A stretch of DNA of 33,080 bases, taken from a virus (lineage: Duplodnaviria; Caudoviricetes). Position 1 is the stretch's first letter. The number at the start of each line of letters is the position of its first letter. This document shows positions 16,538-25,774 of this stretch, piece by piece. A model generated the notes under the pieces. It worked only from the letters and a program-made list of their open reading frames with translations. It did no database searches and was not told where the DNA came from. The DNA is taken from positions 1-33,080 of IMG/VR virus record IMGVR_UViG_3300020469_000149; one strand, given 5' to 3'. The translations under genes and the position numbers were made by a program.

Positions 16538-17530
16538 ATGGCTGACAATTTTATTGACTCAGCATCTAACTCCGGTGCGTCTATTAAGACGCCGCCGACG
16601 GTTAGTTCGACGCTCGCAGCTGGTGGCACTGGCACTGGCTTTGATGATCTAGTTGCGCGCGCATACGACCGGATGATTGATTTCCAACTCCGGTCACAGG
16701 TCGTCTACCGCGACCTTGCCGATAAGCGTCCGGTGCAACAGGCTATGCCTGGGTACGCGGTCACGTTCTCTCTGTACAACGATCTGGCTCAGGCCACGAC
16801 ACCGTTGGCAGAGGTAACTGACCTCGATGCGGCTGCGCTTGACGACGTTGACCAAGTTAGCGTCGTTCTCAAAGAGTACGGCAACGTTGTTGTCAACACT
16901 CGTTATGTGCAGGAGACTGCGTTCGCTGACATTGATCCAGCGATCGCTAACCTCATCGGATTCAACATGGTGGACAGCCTGGACAAGGTTGTTTCTACCG
17001 TGCTGGACGGTGCTGCCGCTGGTCAGACCGAGGACTTGAACGCGGGCGTGATTACGGGTACTTCTATCCGTAAGGCCGTTGCCAAGCTCCGCGGCGATAA
17101 CGTGGTTCCGCGTCAGGGTTCGCTCTACGCGGCGTACATGCACCCAGATGTTGCTTTCGATCTGCGCAACGAGACAGGTGCGCTTTCGTTTGAGGATATT
17201 CGGAAGCACACGGAGCCAAACGTGGGGGCTCTCCTTGAGCAGACCACGGGCGTTTTTGGTGGCACTTATGTCATCGAAACCTCTCGCGCACCCATGGCTT
17301 CGGCCACGGGTCCTAGCGGTGAGGACGAGTACAGCACGTTCGTTGTTGGGCAGCAGGCACTCGCAGAAGCGTGCGCCGTTGAGCCCTCCGTGCGCCTCGG
17401 TCCGGTTGTGGATCGCCTTTCGAGGTTCCGCCCATACGGGTGGTACAGCCTGTGCGGGTGGTCACTTTATCGCACAGAGGCACTCCGCAAAATCACTTCG
17501 GGTTCAACGATTGCGACTAACGCAACCTAA
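16538..17530 (+). CDS. major capsid protein (N4-gp56-like, HK97 fold)
   Basis: 330 aa after scaffold; motifs LKEYGN, YAAYMHPDVAFDLR, D-LSRFRPYGWY; followed by strong hairpin. Confidence 0.9.
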   Translation: MADNFIDSASNSGASIKTPPTVSSTLAAGGTGTGFDDLVARAYDRMIDFQLRSQVVYRDLADKRPVQQAMPGYAVTFSLYNDLAQATTPLAEVTDLDAAALDDVDQVSVVLKEYGNVVVNTRYVQETAFADIDPAIANLIGFNMVDSLDKVVSTVLDGAAAGQTEDLNAGVITGTSIRKAVAKLRGDNVVPRQGSLYAAYMHPDVAFDLRNETGALSFEDIRKHTEPNVGALLEQTTGVFGGTYVIETSRAPMASATGPSGEDEYSTFVVGQQALAEACAVEPSVRLGPVVDRLSRFRPYGWYSLCGWSLYRTEALRKITSGSTIATNAT

Positions 17531-17548
17531 TCACTCTGAGTGAATGTG

Positions 17549-17576
17549 GGAGGGGTCGGCTTCGGTCGGCCCCTCC
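17549..17576 (+). terminator. GC-rich stem-loop after capsid gene (terminator or mRNA stabiliser)
   Basis: GGAGGGGTCGGC-TTCG-GTCGGCCCCTCC with cUUCGg tetraloop; no U-tract. Confidence 0.65.
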
Positions 17577-17594
17577 TCGCGTTAAGGAGATTTT

Positions 17595-17849
17595 GTGAAG
17601 ATTCTGACTACACCGCAGATAAGTGAGAAGTACGCGACGGATCGTTTGTTCGGCGACTTCGTGACCACGAAAACTCCACAGACTTTACTGATCGAGAGTG
17701 GCGTCGGGTCGCTCGTGTCGTTTCCTTCCGCGGAGCGACTGAGGCTGGCCGACAGCTACTTCCTGGGCGGCCACCGCCACGAACTAACTGACGCACAAGT
17801 CACGGCAATCACCGCTGCTGGCTTCTCCGCATACATCGAGGACGTTTAG
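17595..17849 (+). CDS. hypothetical virion-associated protein, 84 aa
   Basis: AAGGAG RBS, GTG start. Confidence 0.75.
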   Translation: MKILTTPQISEKYATDRLFGDFVTTKTPQTLLIESGVGSLVSFPSAERLRLADSYFLGGHRHELTDAQVTAITAAGFSAYIEDV

Positions 17850-17851
17850 AA

Positions 17852-18055
17852 ATGTGTCGAACCGGATGCCCTACCCAGGATCACGAATCTTGGGGTGACT
17901 GTGCTCGGGACGCGAACATGCGTATCCAAGGTCAGACTGCCGCGAAAGTTAATAAAGACTTGAACACTTACGCTTACGCGAAATCTATTGGCTTACAGCC
18001 AGAGAAAAGCACTCATAAGGCTGCGCAAGCTGCGATCCAGGCGGTAGGCGCATGA
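17852..18055 (+). CDS. hypothetical protein, 67 aa (CRTGCPTQDH...C)
   Basis: tight packing, ATGA overlap with next gene; Cys/His cluster. Confidence 0.7.
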   Translation: MCRTGCPTQDHESWGDCARDANMRIQGQTAAKVNKDLNTYAYAKSIGLQPEKSTHKAAQAAIQAVGA

Positions 18056-18933
18056 GCACTACTTTGGGTGATGTTGTTGACTCGACGCTTCTGTACTTGT
18101 CGGGTTTTACTTCTCAGCAGGACCAATCAACGTACCTGCTGGGGAGCTTGGCAACGACGGACTTGACGGCGAGCGTCAGTGACGCTTCCGCTATTTCTCG
18201 TGGCGTGTGCGAAATCGGCTATGAGCTGTTGCAGGTTGATAACGTCGATAGGGCTTCTCAAACAATCACCATGCCGCCGTACGGGAGAGGGTTCCGTGGA
18301 ACCACTGCTGCGACCCACTCGGCGGGTACTCGAGTCGTTTCCTCGCCTCAGTTCCCACGATTCTCTGTTAAGCAAGCGGTAAATGACAGCATCGGAGCTG
18401 TCTACCCTGACTTGTATGCGATTCAGGACGAGTACCTAACGTCAGATCCGACCAAAACTAACTTCGTACTGTCGAACACGAACGCTCGCCACGTACTGCG
18501 CGTAGCTGGGGAACGGATTGGCCCGTCGGGTGAGTTCGTTCCGATCCGGCACTACGAGCTGCGTCCTTACGGCAGCGGTGGAGCTCAACTGAGCTTGTAC
18601 CAGCAGCCGGTTCCAGGGCAGCGTATTCACGTTCGCACGGGCGGCCCTCCGCAGACTTTGGCGAACGACACGGACTTGTTTAGTGCATCCGGACTTCCTG
18701 ACAGTGCTGTTGATGTGGTGCGACTCGGAGCTGCATACCGGATGGTTCCTTACCTCGAGACACCGCTGGTTTCGGGCTTGAGTGCAACCGCTGATCTTGC
18801 GGCGAACATGCGTCCTATCGGTGCTGGTGAGCGTCTAGGTAAGTACCTCCTGGGTCTTTACCGGACGCGGCTCGAGGAAGTTCGTCGTCAGCAGCAAGCA
18901 GAAAACCCGATTCGCGTCCACTACGAGAGGTAG
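18052..18933 (+). CDS. putative head-tail adaptor / tail tubular protein A
   Basis: 293 aa after capsid; helix-beta-helix layout with inserted RGFRGTTAATHSAG beta module; position typical of podovirus adaptor. Confidence 0.6.
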   Translation: MSTTLGDVVDSTLLYLSGFTSQQDQSTYLLGSLATTDLTASVSDASAISRGVCEIGYELLQVDNVDRASQTITMPPYGRGFRGTTAATHSAGTRVVSSPQFPRFSVKQAVNDSIGAVYPDLYAIQDEYLTSDPTKTNFVLSNTNARHVLRVAGERIGPSGEFVPIRHYELRPYGSGGAQLSLYQQPVPGQRIHVRTGGPPQTLANDTDLFSASGLPDSAVDVVRLGAAYRMVPYLETPLVSGLSATADLAANMRPIGAGERLGKYLLGLYRTRLEEVRRQQQAENPIRVHYER

Positions 18934-18936
18934 ACA

Positions 18937-20316
18937 ATGGCGCAAGCACGTTATTACTCATCCACGGCCAAAAAGACCACTCTGGTCAATGGCATTAACT
19001 CGACCGATACGTCGATAACTGTTGCGCTCGCCTCCGGATACCCAACGAGCTACCCGTTCACAATCGTTCTGGATAAGGACACGATTGATGAAGAGCTGGT
19101 CGAGTGTACGAATGTCTCGGGAACGATCCTCACAATCACTCGTGGAGTGGACTCGACTACCGCGGTCGCTCACTCTGTCGGCTGTCAGGTCGAGCACGCC
19201 TTTAGTGGGCGTGATTTCCGCGAGTCCCGTCAACACGAGGACTCAACCAATAATGTTCACGGCCTTGCTCTTACATCGAATGTTGTCGGTGAGACTGAGA
19301 CTCAAACGTTGACGAATAAGACGTTAACGTCTGCCACGCTGGGTGGCGACCTTGCTGCTGGTGCGAACAAGATCACCGGACTTGGTGATCCGGTTTCGGC
19401 GCAGGATGCTGCGACCAAGAACTACACGGATACCGCTGCTACGAGCCAGGTCGCTCAAGCGACCACTCAGGCCACGAACGCGGCGACTTCCGCTACTGCG
19501 GCTGCGACTTCTGCCACGGCAGCGTCAACGAGTGAGACGAACGCCTCGACTAGCGCGACCACGGCAAGCACAGCAGCGACTAACGCTGGTACGTCGGAAA
19601 CTAACGCAGCTACTTCTGCGAGTAACGCTTCGACTAGCGAGACGAACGCTGCCGCTAGTGCTACTGCTGCGGCTACGTCAGCAACGAACGCGGCAACGTC
19701 TGCAACTAACGCTGGTACTTCTGAGACCAATGCTGGTACTAGCGCGACTGGTTCTGCTGCTAGTGCCGTTTCTGCCGCGAACTCTGCTGCGGCTGCTGCC
19801 GCATCGTTGGACTCATTCGATGACAGGTATTTGGGGTCTAAGTCGTCTGCTCCGACTGTTGACAATGACGGTGACGCGCTAGTTTCGGGAGCCTTGTTCT
19901 ACCTGAACACGGGTACGTCGGAGCAGATCGGCATGTACGTCTATGACGGTTCTGGTTGGATTAAGGCGAGTGCCGCTGCAACAGCGTCAATTATTACTTA
20001 CGAGTACACGGCTACTGGATCGCAGACAGCGTTCACGGGTAATGACCGGAACGGTGTATCGCTGACGTTTACGGGATCGCTTCTGCAAGTGTTCCTGAAC
20101 GGTGTGCTGCTGTCGCCAGGTAATGACTACACGACTTCCACGAACACGGTGACTCTTGCCAGCGGTGCTACCGCTGGTGATGAGGTGTTGGTGGTCGCGT
20201 TCGCTTCGTTCTCGGTGGCGAACACTTACACGCAAGCACAAGCAAATGCGTTGTTTGCCACTCAATCGGAACTCGCGAGTGCGGGTTTCAGTCCAATTTT
20301 ATTGATGGGAGCCTAA
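18937..20316 (+). CDS. tail fibre protein with Ala/Thr/Ser heptad stalk
   Basis: TQTLTNKTLT, NKITGLGDP-SAQDAATKNY, A-TS(E/A)TNA heptads, C-terminal VFLNGVLL-PG-DY domain. Confidence 0.75.
   Translation: MAQARYYSSTAKKTTLVNGINSTDTSITVALASGYPTSYPFTIVLDKDTIDEELVECTNVSGTILTITRGVDSTTAVAHSVGCQVEHAFSGRDFRESRQHEDSTNNVHGLALTSNVVGETETQTLTNKTLTSATLGGDLAAGANKITGLGDPVSAQDAATKNYTDTAATSQVAQATTQATNAATSATAAATSATAASTSETNASTSATTASTAATNAGTSETNAATSASNASTSETNAAASATAAATSATNAATSATNAGTSETNAGTSATGSAASAVSAANSAAAAAASLDSFDDRYLGSKSSAPTVDNDGDALVSGALFYLNTGTSEQIGMYVYDGSGWIKASAAATASIITYEYTATGSQTAFTGNDRNGVSLTFTGSLLQVFLNGVLLSPGNDYTTSTNTVTLASGATAGDEVLVVAFASFSVANTYTQAQANALFATQSELASAGFSPILLMGA
19471..19806 (+). repeat. degenerate 21-bp (7-codon) tandem repeat encoding coiled-coil stalk
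   Basis: ATNAATS/ATAAATS/ATAASTS/ETNASTS/ETNAGTS periodicity, about 16 units. Confidence 0.7.
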
Positions 20317-20880
20317 GTGGGCACGACATACAAGGTGCTAGGGCAGGCAGCGTCGAGCGCGTCGTCCCTGTCAGTCACCAACAAAGCGTTAACGAGCAAC
20401 GTAGCGACGTTGACGTTGAGTACATCGCACTCCATTGGCGTGGGCCAGCAAGTCAGCGTTGTGATGGATACCGCTGACGCAGCGTTCGACGGTATTCGTA
20501 CCGTCACCGCTGTCACGAGTACGACTCTCTCGTTCGCCTCGGTTGCGTCCGATGTGAGCAGCGCGGCAGCGACAGGCACGCTCACAGCGTTTGAACACTC
20601 CACGCTCTACACCTGCCCGTCTGCTACGGCAGCCGTCGTGTCCACACTCACGATCTGTAATCGCAGCAATACTGCTGCGTACTACACGATTGCGATTTCG
20701 GACTCGAACTCGGGCGAACCAGCGACGAGCAAGTACATAGTTCGTAACGATGTTTTGACGGGGTTCGAGACTGTCGGCCTAACTCTTGGCCTCACGTTGG
20801 ATGCAACCAATAAGTATGTGCGCATTAGTGCAAGTAACGCGAATCTGACCTTCGCATTGTTCGGATCGGAGATTTCCTGA
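20317..20880 (+). CDS. tail-associated beta-rich protein, 187 aa
   Basis: MGTTYKVLGQ...TLYTCPSAT...STLTICNR...FALFGSEIS; Ser/Thr-rich. Confidence 0.65.
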   Translation: MGTTYKVLGQAASSASSLSVTNKALTSNVATLTLSTSHSIGVGQQVSVVMDTADAAFDGIRTVTAVTSTTLSFASVASDVSSAAATGTLTAFEHSTLYTCPSATAAVVSTLTICNRSNTAAYYTIAISDSNSGEPATSKYIVRNDVLTGFETVGLTLGLTLDATNKYVRISASNANLTFALFGSEIS

Positions 20881-20881
20881 A

Positions 20882-21856
20882 ATGGCTATTGATCGTTTAA
20901 AGAACCCGTTTGGTTCGGCTCAGATTGTATCTGGACTTGCTCCAGAGAACTGGGCTTACGCAAGTAGCACCACGGGTGCCGCGACCGCTTACACGTTCAC
21001 AGGTGACGGGACTGCTGGCACCGTAAACGGTGGTCAGTACCGAGTTCACCGCTGGGATTACACGGGGACGCAAACCTCGTGGGGTATCACGTTCTCCCAA
21101 GCCGGAATCGTTGACTTTCTTTGTGTTGCGGGAGGTGGCGGCGCACACGGAAACTCCTCGAACTCATATGGCGGGGGTGGCGGGGGCGGTGGCGGATTGA
21201 TCCTGAATTTTGATTACGGGGTAACCGCTTCGACGTACACCGTTTCCGTCGGCAAGGGCGGTCAGTATTCAGGTATTGGGCAGTTTTATTACCAAGACGC
21301 TAACTACGTTTCGGAAGATTCCGCATTCGGTTCGTTGACTGCTATTGCAGGCGGCGAGGGTGCCATGTCGTACTCAGGAACTCGACAAGGCGACGCGGGC
21401 GGCTCAGGCGGAGGCGGCTCATCCGGCCCCAGCCTTAGTGGGCAACCCGCTGGTGGGTCAGGAACATCAGGTCAAGGCCATCAGGGTGGAGCAGGCAGCG
21501 GTTCGACACCAGGCTATTCAGGCGGCGGCGGAGGCGGGTACGTCTCCCAAGGATCGGACGCTGGAATGGACAGCAACTACCTAGGCGGAAACGGCGGAAA
21601 CGGCCTAGCAAATTACAAGTTCGATGGGATCTCTCGTGGCTACGCCGCTGGCGGCGGCGGCGGCGGGTACAGCACCGGACAAGGAGGCACAGGGGGAGCC
21701 GGTGGTGGTGGCGACGGAGCGCAGAGCAACAACTCCAAGGGGTCGGACGCTGGTGGCGTTGGTTGCGGCGCTGGCGGCGGCATGGGCGCTACTGGTTCGA
21801 CTCATGGCGCGATGGGCTCGCACGGCATGGTCATCGTTCGTTACCGCATTGGATAA
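20882..21856 (+). CDS. glycine-rich tail fibre/adhesin-like protein
   Basis: VAGGGG...GGGGGG, YTVSVGKGG, GGSGGGG, YAAGGGG, GMVIVRY motifs. Confidence 0.75.
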   Translation: MAIDRLKNPFGSAQIVSGLAPENWAYASSTTGAATAYTFTGDGTAGTVNGGQYRVHRWDYTGTQTSWGITFSQAGIVDFLCVAGGGGAHGNSSNSYGGGGGGGGGLILNFDYGVTASTYTVSVGKGGQYSGIGQFYYQDANYVSEDSAFGSLTAIAGGEGAMSYSGTRQGDAGGSGGGGSSGPSLSGQPAGGSGTSGQGHQGGAGSGSTPGYSGGGGGGYVSQGSDAGMDSNYLGGNGGNGLANYKFDGISRGYAAGGGGGGYSTGQGGTGGAGGGGDGAQSNNSKGSDAGGVGCGAGGGMGATGSTHGAMGSHGMVIVRYRIG

Positions 21857-21865
21857 GGGAAAGTA

Positions 21866-22012
21866 ATGACACGATCAAGAAATGTTGCTGACCTGATCGC
21901 TACCGCTGTGGAAAGCGCAGACGCGAGCATTGTTGAAGTGATCGCTCTTACTCAAGCGGAGTATGACGCTCTTACTCCTGTTGCTACGACCTTGTATGTG
22001 GTGACTGACTGA
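21866..22012 (+). CDS. 48-aa fibre-associated peptide (MTRSRNVADL...LTQAEYDALTPVATTLYVVTD)
   Basis: AAGGGA RBS; TGATG coupling to next gene; LTQAEYDAL...TLY motif recalled from phage fibre proteins. Confidence 0.7.
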   Translation: MTRSRNVADLIATAVESADASIVEVIALTQAEYDALTPVATTLYVVTD

Positions 22013-23619
22013 TGCCAACGACCGCTAAGTTGTATTTGGGTAGTACGCAGATCGGTGGTGCTGGTCTTGCTGGTGCAGCGATTAGTGACACCCCTACGGG
22101 TAACTACACCAGCGGTGGAGTGACGTATGACTATTGGGAGTTCAATGCGTCGTCGTCCATAACGGTTTCGCAGGCTGGCATTGCTGATGTGCTGGTCATC
22201 GGCGGTGGTGGAGGCGGCGCTAAGGGGCCTTCCGGCGGCGGTGGGGCAGGACAGTATTTTGAGAAGCAACTTTACTTCGCACCCGATACTTACACGGTCA
22301 CTATTGGCGCGGGTGGTGCTGGATCAAGCACGACCGCAGACAGCAGCAACGGATTGCAGTCACGGCTAGGAGAGTTTTGGGCAGTTGGCGGCGGTGGGTC
22401 TACTAACCGTGGCATTGGACGCGACGGTGGTTCTGGTGGTGGTGGTGGCGACGTAACGGTCACTCCGGGTGTTACCACGGCAGGTGGTTTTTCTGGTGGT
22501 TCGGGAGGAAGCCAATGTGGTGGCGGTGGAGGTGGTGCAGGGCAAGTTGGCGAGGACGGCTCTGACTCGTCTACTCGTGAAGGCGGCGATGGTGGTAACG
22601 GAGTTGCTTCAAGCATTACGGGCTCGTCCGTCACTCGGGGAGGAGGCGGCGGTGCTAATGGTGCTTTTGCGCATGGCGCGGGTGGCTCTGGTGGAGGCGG
22701 CGCAGGTTCTGCGACGACAGGCGGCGATGGTTCTGTGAACACAGGATCAGGTGCGGGTTCTGGTGGTTCATCTGCAGGTGGCAACGGCGGTAGCGGCAAG
22801 GTCGTCATCCGTGTAGCGCGTCCGTACACCGCTGTTGCTGGTTTTGCTTCTATCGGTAACACGGCTACGGGAACTTACACTTCTGGCGCAGCGACGTATG
22901 CGTACTACTCATTCACGGCGAGTGGATCGCTGACGGTGAACACGGCTGGGTTTGCTGACGTTCTTGTCGTTGGTGGTGGCGGCGGCGGAGGCCGCAACGG
23001 TGGTGGAGGAGGAGGCGCAGGCGGGTACCTAGACGCTGGAAGCGCGTATCTATCCGCTGGGACTTTGACCGTAGCCGTTGGCGCAGGTGGAGCCGCAGCA
23101 CCAACTACTTCCGCACCTGCTTTCCCCGGTGTTGGTAGCCGCATTGGGAGTTACTACGGGGTTGGTGGCGGCGGTGGTGGAACTGCTTCCTTGTCACCGA
23201 CAAACGGTGGTTCCGGTGGCGGGGAAGGTGTCAGTACAACTGGAGTTGTAGGCACAGGTCTATCTGGACAAGGCAACGACGGGTCAGTACGACAGCCAAG
23301 CATTCAAGGCGGTGGTGCAGGTGGTGGTGCTGGCGGTGCTGGTTCGGTAGGCAGCGGCAGCGGCACGGGCGGTAACGGAGGAGCAGGCTTGTCATCCAGC
23401 ATCACAGGTTCAGCAGTCACTCGCGCTGGTGGTGGAGGCGGCGGTGGCAGCATCACCGGAGGTTCTGGCGGTTCTGGTGGTGGTGGTAATGCAGGAGGAT
23501 CAAGTGTTGCCGGGTCGGACGGAACCGCCAACACGGGCGGTGGTGCTGGTGCTGGTTACTCCGGTACCGGTGGCGCTGGCGGCAGCGGTGTAGTAATCGT
23601 CAGAGTAAGAACAGCGTAG
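22012..23619 (+). CDS. glycine-rich tail fibre/adhesin-like protein with two tandem Gly-rich domains
   Basis: internal duplication: TG-YTSG--TY-Y--F-AS-S-TV--AG-ADVLV-GGGGGG ... SSITGS-VTR-GGGG ... GGSG-V--RV, twice. Confidence 0.8.
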   Translation: MPTTAKLYLGSTQIGGAGLAGAAISDTPTGNYTSGGVTYDYWEFNASSSITVSQAGIADVLVIGGGGGGAKGPSGGGGAGQYFEKQLYFAPDTYTVTIGAGGAGSSTTADSSNGLQSRLGEFWAVGGGGSTNRGIGRDGGSGGGGGDVTVTPGVTTAGGFSGGSGGSQCGGGGGGAGQVGEDGSDSSTREGGDGGNGVASSITGSSVTRGGGGGANGAFAHGAGGSGGGGAGSATTGGDGSVNTGSGAGSGGSSAGGNGGSGKVVIRVARPYTAVAGFASIGNTATGTYTSGAATYAYYSFTASGSLTVNTAGFADVLVVGGGGGGGRNGGGGGGAGGYLDAGSAYLSAGTLTVAVGAGGAAAPTTSAPAFPGVGSRIGSYYGVGGGGGGTASLSPTNGGSGGGEGVSTTGVVGTGLSGQGNDGSVRQPSIQGGGAGGGAGGAGSVGSGSGTGGNGGAGLSSSITGSAVTRAGGGGGGGSITGGSGGSGGGGNAGGSSVAGSDGTANTGGGAGAGYSGTGGAGGSGVVIVRVRTA

Positions 23620-23630
23620 GAAGGTTAGTA

Positions 23631-23876
23631 ATGGCACACGCAGCACGAGTAGAGGACGGAATCGTCCGTGAAGTCATCGTCGTACCAGATGGTCTTGGTG
23701 GTGACGAGAACGACGCAGCGATACAGGCTTACGTCAATGGCATTGGCTTGCCGGGAACCTGGATTCGCACGAGTTTCAACGGTAAGACCAGGGGCCGGTA
23801 CGCGGGTATCGGTTTCACTTACGACGCTAACGAGGATGTGTTCGTCGCTCCTGTTGTTGAGGAAGAGGCTCCATAG
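23631..23876 (+). CDS. hypothetical protein, 81 aa, fibre-associated
   Basis: AGGAAGG RBS; WIRTSFNG--RGRYAGIGFTYD---DVF motif of small proteins that accompany Gly-rich fibres. Confidence 0.7.
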   Translation: MAHAARVEDGIVREVIVVPDGLGGDENDAAIQAYVNGIGLPGTWIRTSFNGKTRGRYAGIGFTYDANEDVFVAPVVEEEAP

Positions 23877-24112
23877 TGCATTGGAATCTTGATACTCCGG
23901 GTGCTTTGCTCGCAGTCCTGAGTATTTTCGGTCTGCTTCTTTCGGGTTTGATCTTTGTCATTGACGCAAGGATTAGCCGGATTAGAAAAGAAATGACCCC
24001 CAACGGTGGAACGTCGATGCGTGATGTTCTTGACCGTATTGAGAAGCAGAACGAGAAGTTGGAAGAGCAACTCGATCACCATATTACGTGGCATCTTGAA
24101 CAGCCAAAGTGA
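23876..24112 (+). CDS. membrane protein (one TM plus coiled coil), possible lysis accessory
   Basis: hydrophobic ALLAVLSIFGLLLSGLIFVI then PNGGTSMRDVLDRIE. Confidence 0.7.
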   Translation: MHWNLDTPGALLAVLSIFGLLLSGLIFVIDARISRIRKEMTPNGGTSMRDVLDRIEKQNEKLEEQLDHHITWHLEQPK

Positions 24113-24222
24113 TTGAGTGTTTGTGGTGCGGCCAAACATTTGACGGGACTCACTCGCGTTGGCTGTGTCCCTTTTGTGGCGCAAAGGCAAATTGCTGCGA
24201 GGGGGAACCGTGCCCTGTCTAA
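24109..24222 (+). CDS. 37-aa Cys-rich zinc-finger micro-protein (MIECLWCGQTFDGTHSRWLCPFCGAKANCCEGEPCPV)
   Basis: GTGA overlap; CxxC...CPxCG...CCEG; read by hand. Confidence 0.65.
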   Translation: MIECLWCGQTFDGTHSRWLCPFCGAKANCCEGEPCPV

Positions 24223-24291
24223 ATGCCTGCTCCTACGTGGAGTGGCGTGGAATGTCTATTTGTGAAAATTGCGGTCGTAAGGAAAACGCTA

Positions 24292-24453
24292 ATGCACTCG
24301 AAGAAAGCATTTTGGGACAAGCCAAACCCGAAGAAAAAGTCCACACCGTTATCTGGTGCGCAGAAGGCTGCTGCCAAGAGACGTGCTAAAGCCGCTGGTC
24401 GGCCTTACCCCAATCTTGTCGATAACGCCGCCGTTAAGAGGAGGAAGAAGTAA
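24292..24453 (+). CDS. small basic protein, 53 aa
   Basis: ATG after AAGGA within ORF 24223..24453; KAAAKRRAKAAGRPYPNLVDN. Confidence 0.7.
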   Translation: MHSKKAFWDKPNPKKKSTPLSGAQKAAAKRRAKAAGRPYPNLVDNAAVKRRKK

Positions 24454-24575
24454 TGCCAGGTCACTACGGCAAGGGAATGAAGAAGTCGGGCATGACAAAG
24501 AAGGCTAAGCCTGCGATGGGTATGGCTGCCAAGAAGAAGCCTGCTAAGAAAATGCAGGGCCGGAAAAAGAAGTAA
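24453..24575 (+). CDS. 40-aa Lys/Met-rich basic peptide (MPGHYGKGMKKSGMTKKAKPAMGMAAKKKPAKKMQGRKKK)
   Basis: TAATG coupling at both ends, GAGGAGG RBS. Confidence 0.7.
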   Translation: MPGHYGKGMKKSGMTKKAKPAMGMAAKKKPAKKMQGRKKK

Positions 24576-24853
24576 TGCCACCGAAGAAAGATCCTCGACT
24601 CGAGCGTGCAGGCGTATCTGGATACAACAAGCCTAAGCGCACACCTAACCACCCAACTAAGTCGCACGTGGTTGTCGCCAAAGAGGGCGACCAGATTAAG
24701 ACGATTCGGTTCGGGCAACAGGGAGTCTCGGGCTCCCCTACTGGAACTCAACGCAACAAGGACTTTAAGAGTCGCCACGGCAAGAACATCGCCAAGGGAA
24801 AAATGTCGGCGGCTTATTGGGCCAACAAGACGAAATGGTCAGGGAAGAAATGA
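24575..24853 (+). CDS. basic hypothetical protein, 92 aa
   Basis: coupled ORF; KTIRFGQQG...FKSRH...SAAYWA..KW motifs. Confidence 0.75.
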   Translation: MPPKKDPRLERAGVSGYNKPKRTPNHPTKSHVVVAKEGDQIKTIRFGQQGVSGSPTGTQRNKDFKSRHGKNIAKGKMSAAYWANKTKWSGKK

Positions 24854-25065
24854 ACAGCTGGAAAGACTTAATGACTTTCATTAACGATCACCCTTTGGGT
24901 GTTGCATTAAAGGTGTTTGCTGCGACAGCTCTCACGTGGGCTATCGACAATATCGCTGACTTTGGGTTACCGATCTGGGTTGTGGTTGCGGCCCCAGCTG
25001 CACTGACTGTCCTCGTGGATGCGCTGAATAAGGAAAACCCGCGCTTTGGCAGGAAGAGTGGCTAA
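24850..25065 (+). CDS. putative holin, 71 aa
   Basis: ATGA overlap; two hydrophobic segments, basic C-terminus LNKENPRFGRKSG; directly before endolysin. Confidence 0.65.
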   Translation: MNSWKDLMTFINDHPLGVALKVFAATALTWAIDNIADFGLPIWVVVAAPAALTVLVDALNKENPRFGRKSG

Positions 25066-25678
25066 GGGGTTTGCTGCTCGCCTCGAGGTCGCACTCGATA
25101 AGAGGCTCCCTGGCAAGGTTTATTACTTTGATAAGTGGGATGACAAGCTAAGGGGTATCAGCTGGAAGCGGAAGGGTAACCCTGTCGCACTAATGATTCA
25201 TCACACCGCTGGGTCGGCCACTTCAAGCCGATTGGCTAGTGCGCCAGGTAACCAGAAAGGCGCAAACAAAGGCGTAATCAATTACGTGCAAAGTAAGTTC
25301 CGCGTGCCCGCAGCTAACTTCTCGCTGGATCGGGATGGATCGGTGTACGTGCACTGTGCATATCCGGTTTATCACTCGGGCCGCGGATCGTTTAAGGGTG
25401 TTGATCGGTTTGCTCGATTAAACATTCCTGACGATAGAGCTGCTGACTACCTTGCGGGTGTCGAGGTCGTAAGCAAGGGCTTGAAGAAGGATTTCACGCA
25501 GGCTCAGAAGGAGTCGTTGGGTGCCTTGGCTAACGCTATGAAGGAAGCCGCTGGTTGGAAGGGCATGTGGATGCGCTTGCCAAACCACAAGACCTGGGCA
25601 CCGAAAAGAAAAATAGACTCTAAGTACAAGTTGTCCACCTTGCGTAAGTGGGCTAGCAAGTACGGCGTTGTTTCGTGA
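25058..25678 (+). CDS. endolysin, N-acetylmuramoyl-L-alanine amidase (Amidase_2-like)
   Basis: MIHHTAG, YHSGRG, GVEV, NHKTW...RKID zinc-amidase motifs; follows holin. Confidence 0.85.
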   Translation: MAKGFAARLEVALDKRLPGKVYYFDKWDDKLRGISWKRKGNPVALMIHHTAGSATSSRLASAPGNQKGANKGVINYVQSKFRVPAANFSLDRDGSVYVHCAYPVYHSGRGSFKGVDRFARLNIPDDRAADYLAGVEVVSKGLKKDFTQAQKESLGALANAMKEAAGWKGMWMRLPNHKTWAPKRKIDSKYKLSTLRKWASKYGVVS

Positions 25679-25701
25679 CGTTTAATTTTTGGGGTTTGCG
25701 T

Positions 25702-25733
25702 AGGGCCGGTGATAAATACCGGCCTTTTGTTTG
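25702..25733 (+). terminator. intrinsic terminator after endolysin
   Basis: AGGGCCGGT-gataaat-ACCGGCCTT followed by TTGTTTG. Confidence 0.7.
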
Positions 25734-25774
25734 TGTAGGAATCGACTTCCAGAACAAGATGATTTGGTGGAACA

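Noticed and set aside
22012-23619. diversity-generating retroelement TR/VR pair
   Set aside because: The duplicated segments differ at all base types, both are coding, and no reverse transcriptase is in the window.
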